Origin: a virus
Taxonomy: Duplodnaviria; Caudoviricetes
Strand: one strand, 5' to 3'
DNA length: 60,997 nucleotides
Virus record (IMG/VR): IMGVR_UViG_3300048591_000195
Span: 1 to 60,997 of that record
Part shown: piece by piece, positions 46,391 to 55,376 of the stretch
Position numbering within the stretch: the stretch's first letter is position 1
Layout of the letters: every line of letters begins with the position of its first letter
Notes under the pieces: model-generated
The model's input: the letters and a program-made list of their open reading frames with translations, nothing else
What the model was told of the DNA's origin: nothing
Databases searched by the model: none
Program-made: the position numbers and the translations under genes

Positions 46391-46421
46391 TAAATATACA
46401 CATAAAAACGTAAAAGTCAAT
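46391..46421 (-). promoter_or_regulatory. candidate promoter
   Basis: TTG-N19-TATATTTA. Confidence 0.5.
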
Positions 46422-46518
46422 AGGTGGTTACCGAAATAGTATAATATTTTAGTAAATATTTTCAAAACCTTTTAAATTAGGGTAAAAACGAAGATTGTAA
46501 GAATCTCTTAATTTAGTA

Positions 46519-46956
46519 TCAAATTGAGGCTTTGTACTCAAATGAGGCTGTTATTCGATTTGAGGATATAGTGGATTTAAATGAATTTGAGATACTATTA
46601 CTATTACTTTTTCTGCTAACCGTTTTACACAGCCAATTTTGATGCCTTTTTAAACCAAACACAAGCGCTGGAGATGATGTTGTAATACCTATTCTAAACC
46701 CTTGTTGTACCAGAATTTTAGCAATTTCAGTTAAAAATAGTATGCCGATTGATGCTCCTTGATAGTCGGGCAATATGACAAGACGATGTATTTTCCTCAT
46801 GTTTTGTACCCTTGGATGAGGGAAATGAATAACACTGCAATACCCACAAACTTGATTGTTTATTATAGCTATATATACTTTTGCGGAATTAGCGTGATCT
46901 GAACTCAGATAATGATGTCGAGCAAACCTGAAATTTAACGCTAAATTTAACTTTCT
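46519..46956 (-). pseudogene. 5'-truncated GNAT acetyltransferase domain
   Basis: The frame is open upstream of ATG 46800 (FARHHYLS...VCGYCSV.HFPHP...HRLVILPDYQG.SIG) but has no standard start codon before the stop at about 46957. Confidence 0.6.
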
Positions 46957-47016
46957 TCATTAATTTCAAAATATTATTTCGTTTTAGCGGTAACCATACG
47001 GTGGTGAACAGTCATT

Positions 47017-47586
47017 TTATTCTGCCTTATCTATGTTCGACTGCTCTATTATCGCCTTATCCGAGGGGTCTAACTGGGCCATCACCTCCTTCAACAGCTC
47101 CGCCCGCGTCTTATCCGATACCTCCGGCTCCGGCTTCTGAACTACCGTAGCGTCTATAACCTGGCGCATCATTACCTTTCCGAATGACCTGTCCATGATT
47201 CTGTCCAACATCTCCATACCCCTCGGTGAACCCATGTACTTTGCAACCAACCTTAGAAAATATGGCTTTTTTTTGTCTTTTAGGATGTCTTTTACCCCGT
47301 TTTCATCCAATTGGAGTAGCATTTGGTAGGCATCAACAATCTGGCTTTCCGTTACCGGTTGGTATCCCTGCTCGCGTAATTCTTGTACGATGTGGTGGAT
47401 TAGTTTGGGAGGACGGCCCTTTTTGTTGATTCTTTCGGGGTGTGTGTGGAAGCCCTGACCCTCAATGTTTTCTGTTCCTGGTTTCTTTCCGTTGTTCGTC
47501 CGTTGTTTAATTTGGCCTTTATTTGCGTTCTGCGGGGCTTTCTCTTTTGGGGTGGCTTTATGTGTCTTACTCGAAGATGGTGCCAT
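47017..47586 (-). CDS. putative terminase small subunit
   Basis: GF..HPERINKKGRPPK and ..DRSFGK motifs; upstream of terL. Confidence 0.65.
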   Translation of the reverse strand: MAPSSSKTHKATPKEKAPQNANKGQIKQRTNNGKKPGTENIEGQGFHTHPERINKKGRPPKLIHHIVQELREQGYQPVTESQIVDAYQMLLQLDENGVKDILKDKKKPYFLRLVAKYMGSPRGMEMLDRIMDRSFGKVMMRQVIDATVVQKPEPEVSDKTRAELLKEVMAQLDPSDKAIIEQSNIDKAE

Positions 47587-47605
47587 AGGGGGCTTATTTT
47601 AAGTT

Positions 47606-47782
47606 TTACAGGATGTAGTTTCCTACTTGCGTGTTCTCGGTTGCTTTCTTGAAATCCTGAATGTTTTCTTCAATGGTGAATATTTTTATCAGTAGGCATT
47701 TTAGGTAGCTTTCTGATCTTGGAGAATTTACATAACGGTTTATTAGGGTGTCCTGCATTATCTGTAATTCTTTGAGGGTCAT
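47606..47782 (-). CDS. small hypothetical protein (start re-called at ATG 47782)
   Basis: MTLKELQIMQD... Confidence 0.5.
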   Translation of the reverse strand: MTLKELQIMQDTLINRYVNSPRSESYLKCLLIKIFTIEENIQDFKKATENTQVGNYIL

Positions 47783-47783
47783 T

Positions 47784-47960
47784 TTAGTTCTGGCCAAGCT
47801 GGTAAAAAATTAAAGGGTCGGTTTTTGATTGGTAGAACTCAAAGGCCATGCAGGAACGGTGATACTCTTTCAGGACTTGTTTGGCCTGCCGCCTTTCTGT
47901 TTCCTTTGAGAAGCCTCCGAGTTTTTTGAACTCGTTCCATAGGTCTACTGGATTGTTCAT
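47784..47960 (-). CDS. small hypothetical protein (58 aa), probably leaderless
   Basis: Manual translation MNNPVDLWNEFKKLGGF...; TTTG-N20-TAAATTGG ends a few nt before the ATG. Confidence 0.55.
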   Translation of the reverse strand: MNNPVDLWNEFKKLGGFSKETERRQAKQVLKEYHRSCMAFEFYQSKTDPLIFYQLGQN

Positions 47961-47993
47961 AGTGCCAATTTATAGGATTTGGGGCTATTTACC

Positions 47994-48030
47994 AAAAAAA
48001 AGAAACCGGAGGGACATCACCCCCTCCGGT
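47994..48030 (-). terminator. rho-independent terminator
   Basis: ACCGGAGGG-ggtgatgt-CCCTCCGGT then TTCTTTTTTTT. Confidence 0.85.
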
Positions 48031-48074
48031 ACTATCAACTAACAAACGGTTGAGCATGGGATGCTCTTGGCGTG
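47994..48074 (-). ncRNA. candidate trans-acting sRNA (about 80 nt)
   Basis: Consensus promoter, 5' hairpin GAGCAT-ccc-ATGCTC, unpaired seed GTTTGTTAGTTGAT and terminator; no ORF. Confidence 0.65.
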
Positions 48075-48079
48075 CGATT

Positions 48080-48111
48080 CAAAACTAAAAAACATACAGT
48101 TAAAAAACAAA
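48080..48111 (-). promoter_or_regulatory. Bacteroidota sigma70-type promoter
   Basis: TTTG(48111-08)-N20-TAGTTTTG(48087-80), consensus match. Confidence 0.78.
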
Positions 48112-48134
48112 GCGGGGTTTTTAGGCCCCGCCTT
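48102..48134 (-). terminator. rho-independent terminator ending the replication operon
   Basis: AAGGCGGGG-cctaaaaa-CCCCGCTTT-GTTTTTT. Confidence 0.8.
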
Positions 48135-48317
48135 AATTGCTACTCTGTTCTTATTTTGCCTGATTGCTGACATACCCCTATGGCCAAGTCTAATTTGTAT
48201 GCTTGGAATTTATTTGCCGAAATGTTGCTATCGCATAGGTCACTAAGTTCAGGGAAGAAGTAGAAAGACAGAGAGCAAATTTTTTATCCATTCGTAGCGG
48301 TTGTTGGTGGTTTTTAA

Positions 48318-48854
48318 TTACGCGACTTTCATTAACTGAAATCCAGGGAACAAAGGCATCTGGCCCTGTTCGTCCATCTTGCCGGATAGGTAGCTGTATG
48401 CCTCTTCAACCAAATCCTCAAATACGGCCTGTAACTTGTCAGCGTTAGCGTACTTTACACTATCGTCTGATTGTGGGTACAAAGTGCATTGAGGTGTTTT
48501 TATCTGGATGATCTTTCCGGTTGACTTTACCAGCTTGAATAGCGTCATGGTTATCCGGCACTGCTGCAATAGGTAATCGCCATCTACTTTTACCTCGCTT
48601 ATGCCCCATTGGTTTATGTCCTTTGAATCGACTGCGATTTCACATAGTTCTAAGGCGTGTTTCCTTAGTTTCTTCATGCAATCTACAAAATCCTTGTGTG
48701 GCCGGTTCGGGGATTTGACCTTGTAAGAATGAGGTTTGGCTGGGGCATCTTCCGATTCCTCGCTGTCGTTCGATGTTACTACATCAAAGTGAATTTCAAC
48801 TGAATCCAATTCAGGTGAAATCTTGATTTTACGGGGTTGTTTTTCCTGTGTCAT
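48318..48854 (-). CDS. conserved hypothetical protein
   Basis: PH.DF....KLR.H and E...YL.GK..Q..LF pattern. Confidence 0.65.
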   Translation of the reverse strand: MTQEKQPRKIKISPELDSVEIHFDVVTSNDSEESEDAPAKPHSYKVKSPNRPHKDFVDCMKKLRKHALELCEIAVDSKDINQWGISEVKVDGDYLLQQCRITMTLFKLVKSTGKIIQIKTPQCTLYPQSDDSVKYANADKLQAVFEDLVEEAYSYLSGKMDEQGQMPLFPGFQLMKVA

Positions 48855-49090
48855 ATTGGCTCTTTTACGTGATCTTGCAAGTACTCAATTAGCTGGCGGG
48901 GTGTAACAAGTTCGACCGCCTTGTCATCTGGAATCATAATATCAAACTCTTTTTCACAGGTCATTATCAGTTCCACCTGATCGAGTGAGTCTATACCCAA
49001 ATTGTTGAAAGGCTGATCGAGGTCGTAATCTTCAATCTTATTGAATCCCATTTGCTCAAGTTGTTCGTTGATTTTTGATTTATAGTCCAT
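48851..49090 (-). CDS. acpP: acyl carrier protein
   Basis: LGIDSLDQVELIMTCEKEFDIMIPDD.A, phosphopantetheine Ser motif, 79 aa acidic. Confidence 0.92.
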   Translation of the reverse strand: MDYKSKINEQLEQMGFNKIEDYDLDQPFNNLGIDSLDQVELIMTCEKEFDIMIPDDKAVELVTPRQLIEYLQDHVKEPI

Positions 49091-49092
49091 TG

Positions 49093-49608
49093 TTATAAGT
49101 TTAAATCTTGGATTGCATAGTGATACAAATGTAAGGCATCCGCTTCATCATCAGATTCAATATTTGCCTTGTACTTTCTTGCTGCCTCAATCATTTTTGC
49201 CTTATTAGCGTTCCCGTTTCCGGTTGCAAATTTCTTTATTTCCTTTGCTGAATATGCCTTGTACTCAATCTGGTTTTCTTCACAGAATAGTTTGAGTACC
49301 CCTATCAATTCAGCCGCTACAATTATAGCGTTTTTATGGAAACCAGATACACGCTCAAAGACAATCATTCTTATTCCTTCAATAGCGCATATCTCTTTTA
49401 GTTTTCCCTTAAACCTGATTACCCGCATACCCGCACTTTCATCACGCTTTGGGGTAAAATTCCATACCCCGCTGGCAGTATCACAACAGAATCCGGTATG
49501 AGTGGCAACGTCAAGGGCAAGTAATCGGGTTGATCTTTTGCCTTCAAATGGATTTGCTATTGTATCAGCGTTTTGAAACAATTCTCCTAAAGTTATTTTT
49601 TTAGACAT
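49093..49608 (-). CDS. RuvC-like Holliday junction resolvase
   Basis: LALD...TG, VFE, IKKFATGNGNA.K..M, DDEADA. Confidence 0.88.
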   Translation of the reverse strand: MSKKITLGELFQNADTIANPFEGKRSTRLLALDVATHTGFCCDTASGVWNFTPKRDESAGMRVIRFKGKLKEICAIEGIRMIVFERVSGFHKNAIIVAAELIGVLKLFCEENQIEYKAYSAKEIKKFATGNGNANKAKMIEAARKYKANIESDDEADALHLYHYAIQDLNL

Positions 49609-50368
49609 AAATCACCTGTTCTTCCTTTATCAAATCGTATCCCCGTAATTTCGCGTAAACGTTAGCCAAAGTTATAACATCAGCAGCGCAATAACTACCG
49701 ATTTTCTTTAGAACAGATTCCTCTTTGTCGAAAGGTAAATCCTCATTTGGAAGGTCAAACATCGAGTAATACAACTCACCTACCTTTGAGCCGCCAAGTA
49801 CTTCTTTCGGATTCGGTAAGCCTAAAAGATTAGACAATAATTCAAGCGAAATGTTATGCTTCCATTGCATGTGGCTCCAAATCTTCATAGTATCCAATAG
49901 CTGATCCTGAACGTCCCAAACTTTCTTGCCAACTATAGACAACATAGGAGGAACCGGAAGTCCGTTTAAAATGTACCTCCTGTAAAGAAACGGATAGTCA
50001 AATTCTATTCCATTGTGAGCTGCCAGCATGGAGGATTTTGAAAGGGAATCAGATAAGGTTTTCAGCAACTCCATTTCATCCTTTCCGCAAATTGTTTTCA
50101 GATAAAATTTATCTCCTTGTAACCTACCCAAACACACACAAACAACCTTACCAAATTCAGCGTAAAGACCGGCTTTTTCTTTGTAAATCTTTCCAGCCTC
50201 TAAAATATATTCCAGGTTATTTGCATCGAAATCAGTTTGTTCTTTGCACCTGCTTTCTATTTCGTGGTTAAACTTCTTGCAGAATAATTCATTCAATCCG
50301 GATGAAACCTGATCTAATGACCTTTTACCGGAGACTGTTTCAATATCAATAAATGTGATGTTTTGCAT
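49601..50368 (-). CDS. PolB-like 3'-5' exonuclease
   Basis: FIDIETV, AEFGKVVC, AHNG.EFD.PFL.RR, DTM..W, YC..DV. Confidence 0.88.
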   Translation of the reverse strand: MQNITFIDIETVSGKRSLDQVSSGLNELFCKKFNHEIESRCKEQTDFDANNLEYILEAGKIYKEKAGLYAEFGKVVCVCLGRLQGDKFYLKTICGKDEMELLKTLSDSLSKSSMLAAHNGIEFDYPFLYRRYILNGLPVPPMLSIVGKKVWDVQDQLLDTMKIWSHMQWKHNISLELLSNLLGLPNPKEVLGGSKVGELYYSMFDLPNEDLPFDKEESVLKKIGSYCAADVITLANVYAKLRGYDLIKEEQVIYV

Positions 50369-50371
50369 GGG

Positions 50372-50647
50372 CTACGGGTTTTCGATTGGACTTACTTCAA
50401 AAACATGAAATACCAAACCATTACTAAGTTGAAAAGTATCAATATAAAGGTAATCAATAGGCCAAAATGGATTACCTGTACCAATAATAGCTAAAGTTAT
50501 TTTATCTTTTGCATTATCGGTGTCAACAAGAGCCCACAACACAGGTGTACCGTTTTGAACCTGAACGCTAAGTATTTCAGCAAACTTATAGCTCTCAATC
50601 TGAATTTTATCAGATATTTCTAAGGTGTATTTATGTATTGTCCTCAT
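50372..50647 (-). CDS. conserved phage hypothetical protein
   Basis: TIHKY.L...ILSVQ.Q...LWALVD...GTG...Y..TFQ...LVFHVFE. Confidence 0.75.
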   Translation of the reverse strand: MRTIHKYTLEISDKIQIESYKFAEILSVQVQNGTPVLWALVDTDNAKDKITLAIIGTGNPFWPIDYLYIDTFQLSNGLVFHVFEVSPIENP

Positions 50648-51762
50648 AATTTTTCAGCGTTATCCCTAATATACTTTTCTGTTTTCTCAAGCAACACAAT
50701 AGCATTGAGAAGGATTTTTGCTGCATCTTCATCTTTCAGACTACACATTGAAAAAATGTTTTTCTTATCATTGATTTCATCTGCAATCAGAATTAGCTTA
50801 TCCTTGTCAGGTGCACGTTTCGATTTTCTTTCAGCAGCTTGCTTTGCCTTGCGTTCACGTTCTAAAATTTCATCGCGTTCGCGGGCTTCTTTCTCCAATC
50901 GAATACGTTCATCACGCTCTTTCTGTAATTTGGATTCCAGTGCTTCTTTCTTTTTTTGTTCAGCCTGATTAAACTTGTTTACCATCTTAGATAAATCCGC
51001 AAACAATGATTCAAACTCTTCCGAATCCATCTTCTGAATTTTCGACTTTAGTAAACCATATTGAATACCTTCATGGTTGTAAGAGGTCGAAGTTTCATTG
51101 TATTTAAAATCAATTGAAGTAAGTCGATTCACACGAGTTTGCAGCACCTTTAATTTTTCGTTCTCTCTCCTGATTCGTTCCTGCTCTTTTCGTTCTTTTT
51201 CCTCGCGCTCAATTCGTTCCTGTTCAATCCGCTTTGCCTCCGCTATCTTTTGCTCATGCGCTAATTTCTGGCCGGATAACAGAAAATTAAAAGCATCCTC
51301 ATTCATGTCTGCCAACGGCATAGAATGAACATTGTCACCCATAAAAGGAAATAGTAATTCTAACCTTTCAGATTGAAGTTTTAACTTCCTTTCCTGTTCC
51401 CTTAGTTTTACAAAATCCTCCTGCTCCTGCAAATGCTTCTCAATAGGTTCGATCATTCCGGTTAATGTCCTTTTGATTGAATCCAAAAGCTGACCTTTCT
51501 TTAATACATCGGCTTTCAATTCCTTGTGCTTTTTGTCAACCGATACCCTAATATTTTTCAGGGCTAATCGTGCCTCCCGCGCTGACCTCATTAAGTCAAC
51601 TTGGCTTTCGTCTGTAACCACTAATTCACCGGCCTTTTCTTTCCATTCGTTTGCCTGTTCTTCAAAAGGCAGAAAATGGTTCTTTAAGGAAATGGCGGTT
51701 TCCGCTTCTGCATGGGCTTCGTCAATCTGAATGACGATAGCCGATTGTTTTGTGTCTGTCAT
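50644..51762 (-). CDS. long coiled-coil protein
   Basis: AREARL.LK.IR..V.K..KELK; E/K/R-rich. Confidence 0.7.
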   Translation of the reverse strand: MTDTKQSAIVIQIDEAHAEAETAISLKNHFLPFEEQANEWKEKAGELVVTDESQVDLMRSAREARLALKNIRVSVDKKHKELKADVLKKGQLLDSIKRTLTGMIEPIEKHLQEQEDFVKLREQERKLKLQSERLELLFPFMGDNVHSMPLADMNEDAFNFLLSGQKLAHEQKIAEAKRIEQERIEREEKERKEQERIRRENEKLKVLQTRVNRLTSIDFKYNETSTSYNHEGIQYGLLKSKIQKMDSEEFESLFADLSKMVNKFNQAEQKKKEALESKLQKERDERIRLEKEARERDEILERERKAKQAAERKSKRAPDKDKLILIADEINDKKNIFSMCSLKDEDAAKILLNAIVLLEKTEKYIRDNAEKL

Positions 51763-51773
51763 TGGTGTGATGG

Positions 51774-52772
51774 TTAGTTGATAAGTGATAATTGATTATT
51801 GGTTTTAAATCGAGATTTAACTGACTCAAGATTTAATTTCGCTTGCTTAAAATAACTTTCTTTTAGTTCAACTCCTATAGCTTTCCGTCCCAATGAAACG
51901 GGGCTATAAACCTCACTTCCAACTCCCATAAATGGAGTTAATACAACTTCATCAGGATTGGTGTATAAATACACTAATCTATCAATAACATCTAACTGCA
52001 ATGGATGAACATGCTTTTCATCGTCATCCTCCTTGCTTTCCTTAAAAGGCAAAACATTATTTCCCCTTATATCATCCCACACACTTGAAGCATAACGCTG
52101 CCATGTAATATGAGATAACTTATTTACCGATGGATCACCTTCAAAATTTATCCACTTCTTTTTAAATAGTTCGTATTTACCATATTGTTCTTCATGCATA
52201 GGCAAAAATGGTGATGAGCCAAAATAATCAAAATCAGTCAATCCATTTTTATGAGTAACAGGCACTTTATTTTCACCGCCTTTTCTGAATATTAAAACAT
52301 AATCAGGAATAGCCGTAAAACATCTTGTTGAATCTTCAACAATGTTTTTATGTGTTAATGACTGCACCATTGTTCTCATTCTAACCTCCAAAGGTTCCTT
52401 CCATATTGTTATTCTATTGTTATAAGTAAATCCATATTTTAAATGCAACTTAATAACCTCATGAGGAAAATCCCAAAGATTATGCTTAGTTGTTTGGACA
52501 ATAATATCCTGACAATGTACTGCACATATACGACCAGGTTTTAAAACCCTTGAAACTTCATTTACTAAAAACTCATATTGAATTAAAAAATCTTCAAAAC
52601 TTTCATTATTACTCATATCTCTTTTATCCGAAGAGTAAATATAAAGCCCAGCAAAAGGAGGCGAGTAAACACATAAATCAATTGAATCATCAGGCAATTG
52701 AGGTATTACATCCATGCAATCACCGTTATAAATACTGTATTTATCCGTGTTGATCTGTTCTTTTACTTTCAT
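51774..52772 (-). CDS. DNA amino-methyltransferase (N4-C/N6-A, beta class)
   Basis: YSPPF catalytic motif, HVHPLQLDVI, VLTPFMGVGS. Confidence 0.92.
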   Translation of the reverse strand: MKVKEQINTDKYSIYNGDCMDVIPQLPDDSIDLCVYSPPFAGLYIYSSDKRDMSNNESFEDFLIQYEFLVNEVSRVLKPGRICAVHCQDIIVQTTKHNLWDFPHEVIKLHLKYGFTYNNRITIWKEPLEVRMRTMVQSLTHKNIVEDSTRCFTAIPDYVLIFRKGGENKVPVTHKNGLTDFDYFGSSPFLPMHEEQYGKYELFKKKWINFEGDPSVNKLSHITWQRYASSVWDDIRGNNVLPFKESKEDDDEKHVHPLQLDVIDRLVYLYTNPDEVVLTPFMGVGSEVYSPVSLGRKAIGVELKESYFKQAKLNLESVKSRFKTNNQLSLIN

Positions 52773-54127
52773 AAAAATGATGGTTTTATTATTTGTTTAT
52801 CAAATGGCTTTACGCTTAGATCAATTTGCTTATTAACCGCCTTATTTATTGTTTCTGAAAAATCTTTAGCTTTATTTTTTTTATATAAAAGAGTTTCAAT
52901 AACTCGCTTTTGTCCATCAGAAATAACTAAATCTACCGTAACTGGTTTAGTCTGACCAAATCTCCAAAATCTTCTAATAGCCTGATAGTATTGTTCATAA
53001 CTCCATGTTGGAAAATAAATGGTGTGATTACAATGCTGCCAGTTTAATCCGAATGAAGTTATTTTGGGCTTTGTTATCAATTTTTTAATTTGACCATTAA
53101 CAAACCCTAAAAGTATTTCTTCCTTCTTTTCTAATTGCATCGAGCCTTTTATTTGGCAGGCATCTTTATCAATTTCATCTAATAAATCTCCTTCATCATT
53201 AAAATTACACCAATAAACACAAACATCAGAGGATAATTCAAAAGCCTTTTCACATCTTTCTTTTACTGTTCCCTGTTGTTCCTGCCTAACCTCTGACATT
53301 GTTTTTGCCACAGTATTAAACATCATGACCTGACCGTCAATAATCCAGTTATTCACATTGTAAACGCGGTGTATATTCTCAATTAATTCAGGTAACAAAT
53401 GCCTTTCATCACTAAAACCTAAATCAGATGGTTTCTTCATGTGTATGCTCCATGTAGTAAGCCAAGAAAAAAAATACTCTTTAGCGTGTGGCTTTAAATA
53501 CCATTTACTTCCAATATCTTGAGGTCGTATGTTATTTTCATTGTTTCTAAAAAATTTTTGAAGCATGTCCATATAAGGTAAACTCCCTAATGCTTCAGAA
53601 CTTGTGCCAAATTCTATATAATCATTCGGAGCTGGTGTAGCTGTAAATAAATACCGATACTTTACTTTTTTAAGAAATGCCGTAACCTTGTTTTTAATTG
53701 CGCCTTCAAAGTTCTTGAGTATTGAGCTTTCATCAAGAATAACACACTCAAAATCCTGCCAGTTAAATTTATCTAAACGCTCATAATTACAAACCACTAT
53801 TTTAGTTTTGTAGCTTCCATCCTTTGAGTATTCAATATCATCTATCTGAAACTTTTCAGCCTCTTTAATAAATTGGAAGGCAACCGCAAGAGGGGTAATA
53901 ATTAAAACAGGCTTATTTGTTTCCTGAATGTAGTTTTTGGCTATTGTCAATTCAATAATTGTCTTGCCTAAACCAGTATCAAGAAACACAGCGCAACGAC
54001 CTTTTTTTATTGCGTATTCAGTTACATACTTTTGGTAATCAAACATTGAATCAGGCAACCAGTTAGGTTTTATGCCATAATCATTTGATGTATGCCTTTT
54101 ACTTTCAATAAACTGATCGTATGTCAT
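52769..54127 (-). CDS. SF2 (SNF2-like) helicase
   Basis: DTGLGKT, LDESS, TATPAPND, GLNWQ, QAIRRFWRFGQ. Confidence 0.92.
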   Translation of the reverse strand: MTYDQFIESKRHTSNDYGIKPNWLPDSMFDYQKYVTEYAIKKGRCAVFLDTGLGKTIIELTIAKNYIQETNKPVLIITPLAVAFQFIKEAEKFQIDDIEYSKDGSYKTKIVVCNYERLDKFNWQDFECVILDESSILKNFEGAIKNKVTAFLKKVKYRYLFTATPAPNDYIEFGTSSEALGSLPYMDMLQKFFRNNENNIRPQDIGSKWYLKPHAKEYFFSWLTTWSIHMKKPSDLGFSDERHLLPELIENIHRVYNVNNWIIDGQVMMFNTVAKTMSEVRQEQQGTVKERCEKAFELSSDVCVYWCNFNDEGDLLDEIDKDACQIKGSMQLEKKEEILLGFVNGQIKKLITKPKITSFGLNWQHCNHTIYFPTWSYEQYYQAIRRFWRFGQTKPVTVDLVISDGQKRVIETLLYKKNKAKDFSETINKAVNKQIDLSVKPFDKQIIKPSFL

Positions 54128-54157
54128 TGATTGTTGATGTTAGTTGATGAAACAAAT

Positions 54158-54697
54158 CTAAATATTATTCTGAAATTTTTGGTATAACTCAAAATCATTT
54201 TTTTCGATAAAATCCAAACATTCTTCAATATTAGCCAGTTCCTTCCATTTCTGGCCTTTCGGGTTCTCAATCGCTGAATTGCAACCGTAACATGAAGGGA
54301 AAAAGTTACCTAATGCCCATATAAGCTCCGTATGGCCTATCTGCTTGCACCTGGCCTGCGGTATGATGTGAGCAAAGCAAACGGCAAGATCACCGCACCC
54401 AGCGCATTTAAGGCTATCACAGACTTGCCTTTTTTGATCGTATGCCTTTTGGCGATAGGCGTTTATTTGGGTTTGGTTTACGCGCTCCCCGTCCGAACAA
54501 ATCCACGTATTTGAATCCCCTACTTTCTTGATTTTAACAGGCTGATTTTTATCTTTTACCTGTCTGGCTTTTGCTATGGCCTTTTGAGAATCTTTCATTG
54601 CTTGTTGTTCTGCCTTTCTCATAGCCCTCCCACAGGATGCACAATATCCGGTGCGTTCGGGGATATTATCGCAATCAGGAGTGAGGCATGTATTCAT
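54158..54697 (-). CDS. HNH-like Zn-finger nuclease
   Basis: CAGC...AHII...N...C..CN, plus an N-terminal Cys cluster. Confidence 0.6.
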   Translation of the reverse strand: MNTCLTPDCDNIPERTGYCASCGRAMRKAEQQAMKDSQKAIAKARQVKDKNQPVKIKKVGDSNTWICSDGERVNQTQINAYRQKAYDQKRQVCDSLKCAGCGDLAVCFAHIIPQARCKQIGHTELIWALGNFFPSCYGCNSAIENPKGQKWKELANIEECLDFIEKNDFELYQKFQNNI

Positions 54698-55143
54698 ACT
54701 GATTGAAACATTTTATCGTACATTTCTTTTACTTCTTGAGACCATGCGTTATAGGCTCTATCTTCCGGCTCTGGAATGTAATGCACTTCGAGAATTGTTT
54801 TTGCAAACTCCTTCACTTTCTTGAGGTAAATTGCAAATTCATTAGTATCTAAATTCTTTGTGCTTTGTCCGATTATTTCTCCTTGAACCTCTTTTGAAAG
54901 ATATTTTTTCTTGAAAAACTCGTGCAAATCATCTGCTGTATCGCCTGTATGATTTGCAATCGCCTGTAAGACTATCCACATATAAGAATTGGCAGAAACG
55001 CTTCTTACCGGCCTATTCTTCTTAATCGTTACCAAGTATTCAATCTGCTTTCCTTTGTCCTTGTCCTTCAGATAGGCAAAGTATGAGCGCATGATGTTGT
55101 TGCTCTTTGGGTCGTTCGTTCTGTATAGAATTGTTTTGCTCAT
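54694..55143 (-). CDS. NinB/Orf-family recombination protein
   Basis: RS..AN.YMW...IA..TG...DLHE.FK..YL...ST..L...EF..Y. Confidence 0.8.
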   Translation of the reverse strand: MSKTILYRTNDPKSNNIMRSYFAYLKDKDKGKQIEYLVTIKKNRPVRSVSANSYMWIVLQAIANHTGDTADDLHEFFKKKYLSKEVQGEIIGQSTKNLDTNEFAIYLKKVKEFAKTILEVHYIPEPEDRAYNAWSQEVKEMYDKMFQSV

Positions 55144-55373
55144 TGCAAGAATGTTTTAAACGGTTTATTCCTACGTCTGAAAAGTATGCCCTTGTCGATT
55201 GCCAGTTTGATCTTCTCTGACTCCCAAAATTGATCGTGTTCAATAACCATCAAATGCCAATCGCCTATCTTGTTGTAATACAAATACGCCTTTTCATTGC
55301 GTTCAATGAAAGTACAAAGGTCTTCCCATTGAACCGGAACTAAATCTTTTATTTGATCTTCTGTGAACTTCAT
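55140..55373 (-). CDS. hypothetical protein
   Basis: 77 aa, coupled. Confidence 0.6.
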   Translation of the reverse strand: MKFTEDQIKDLVPVQWEDLCTFIERNEKAYLYYNKIGDWHLMVIEHDQFWESEKIKLAIDKGILFRRRNKPFKTFLQ

Positions 55374-55376
55374 ATC

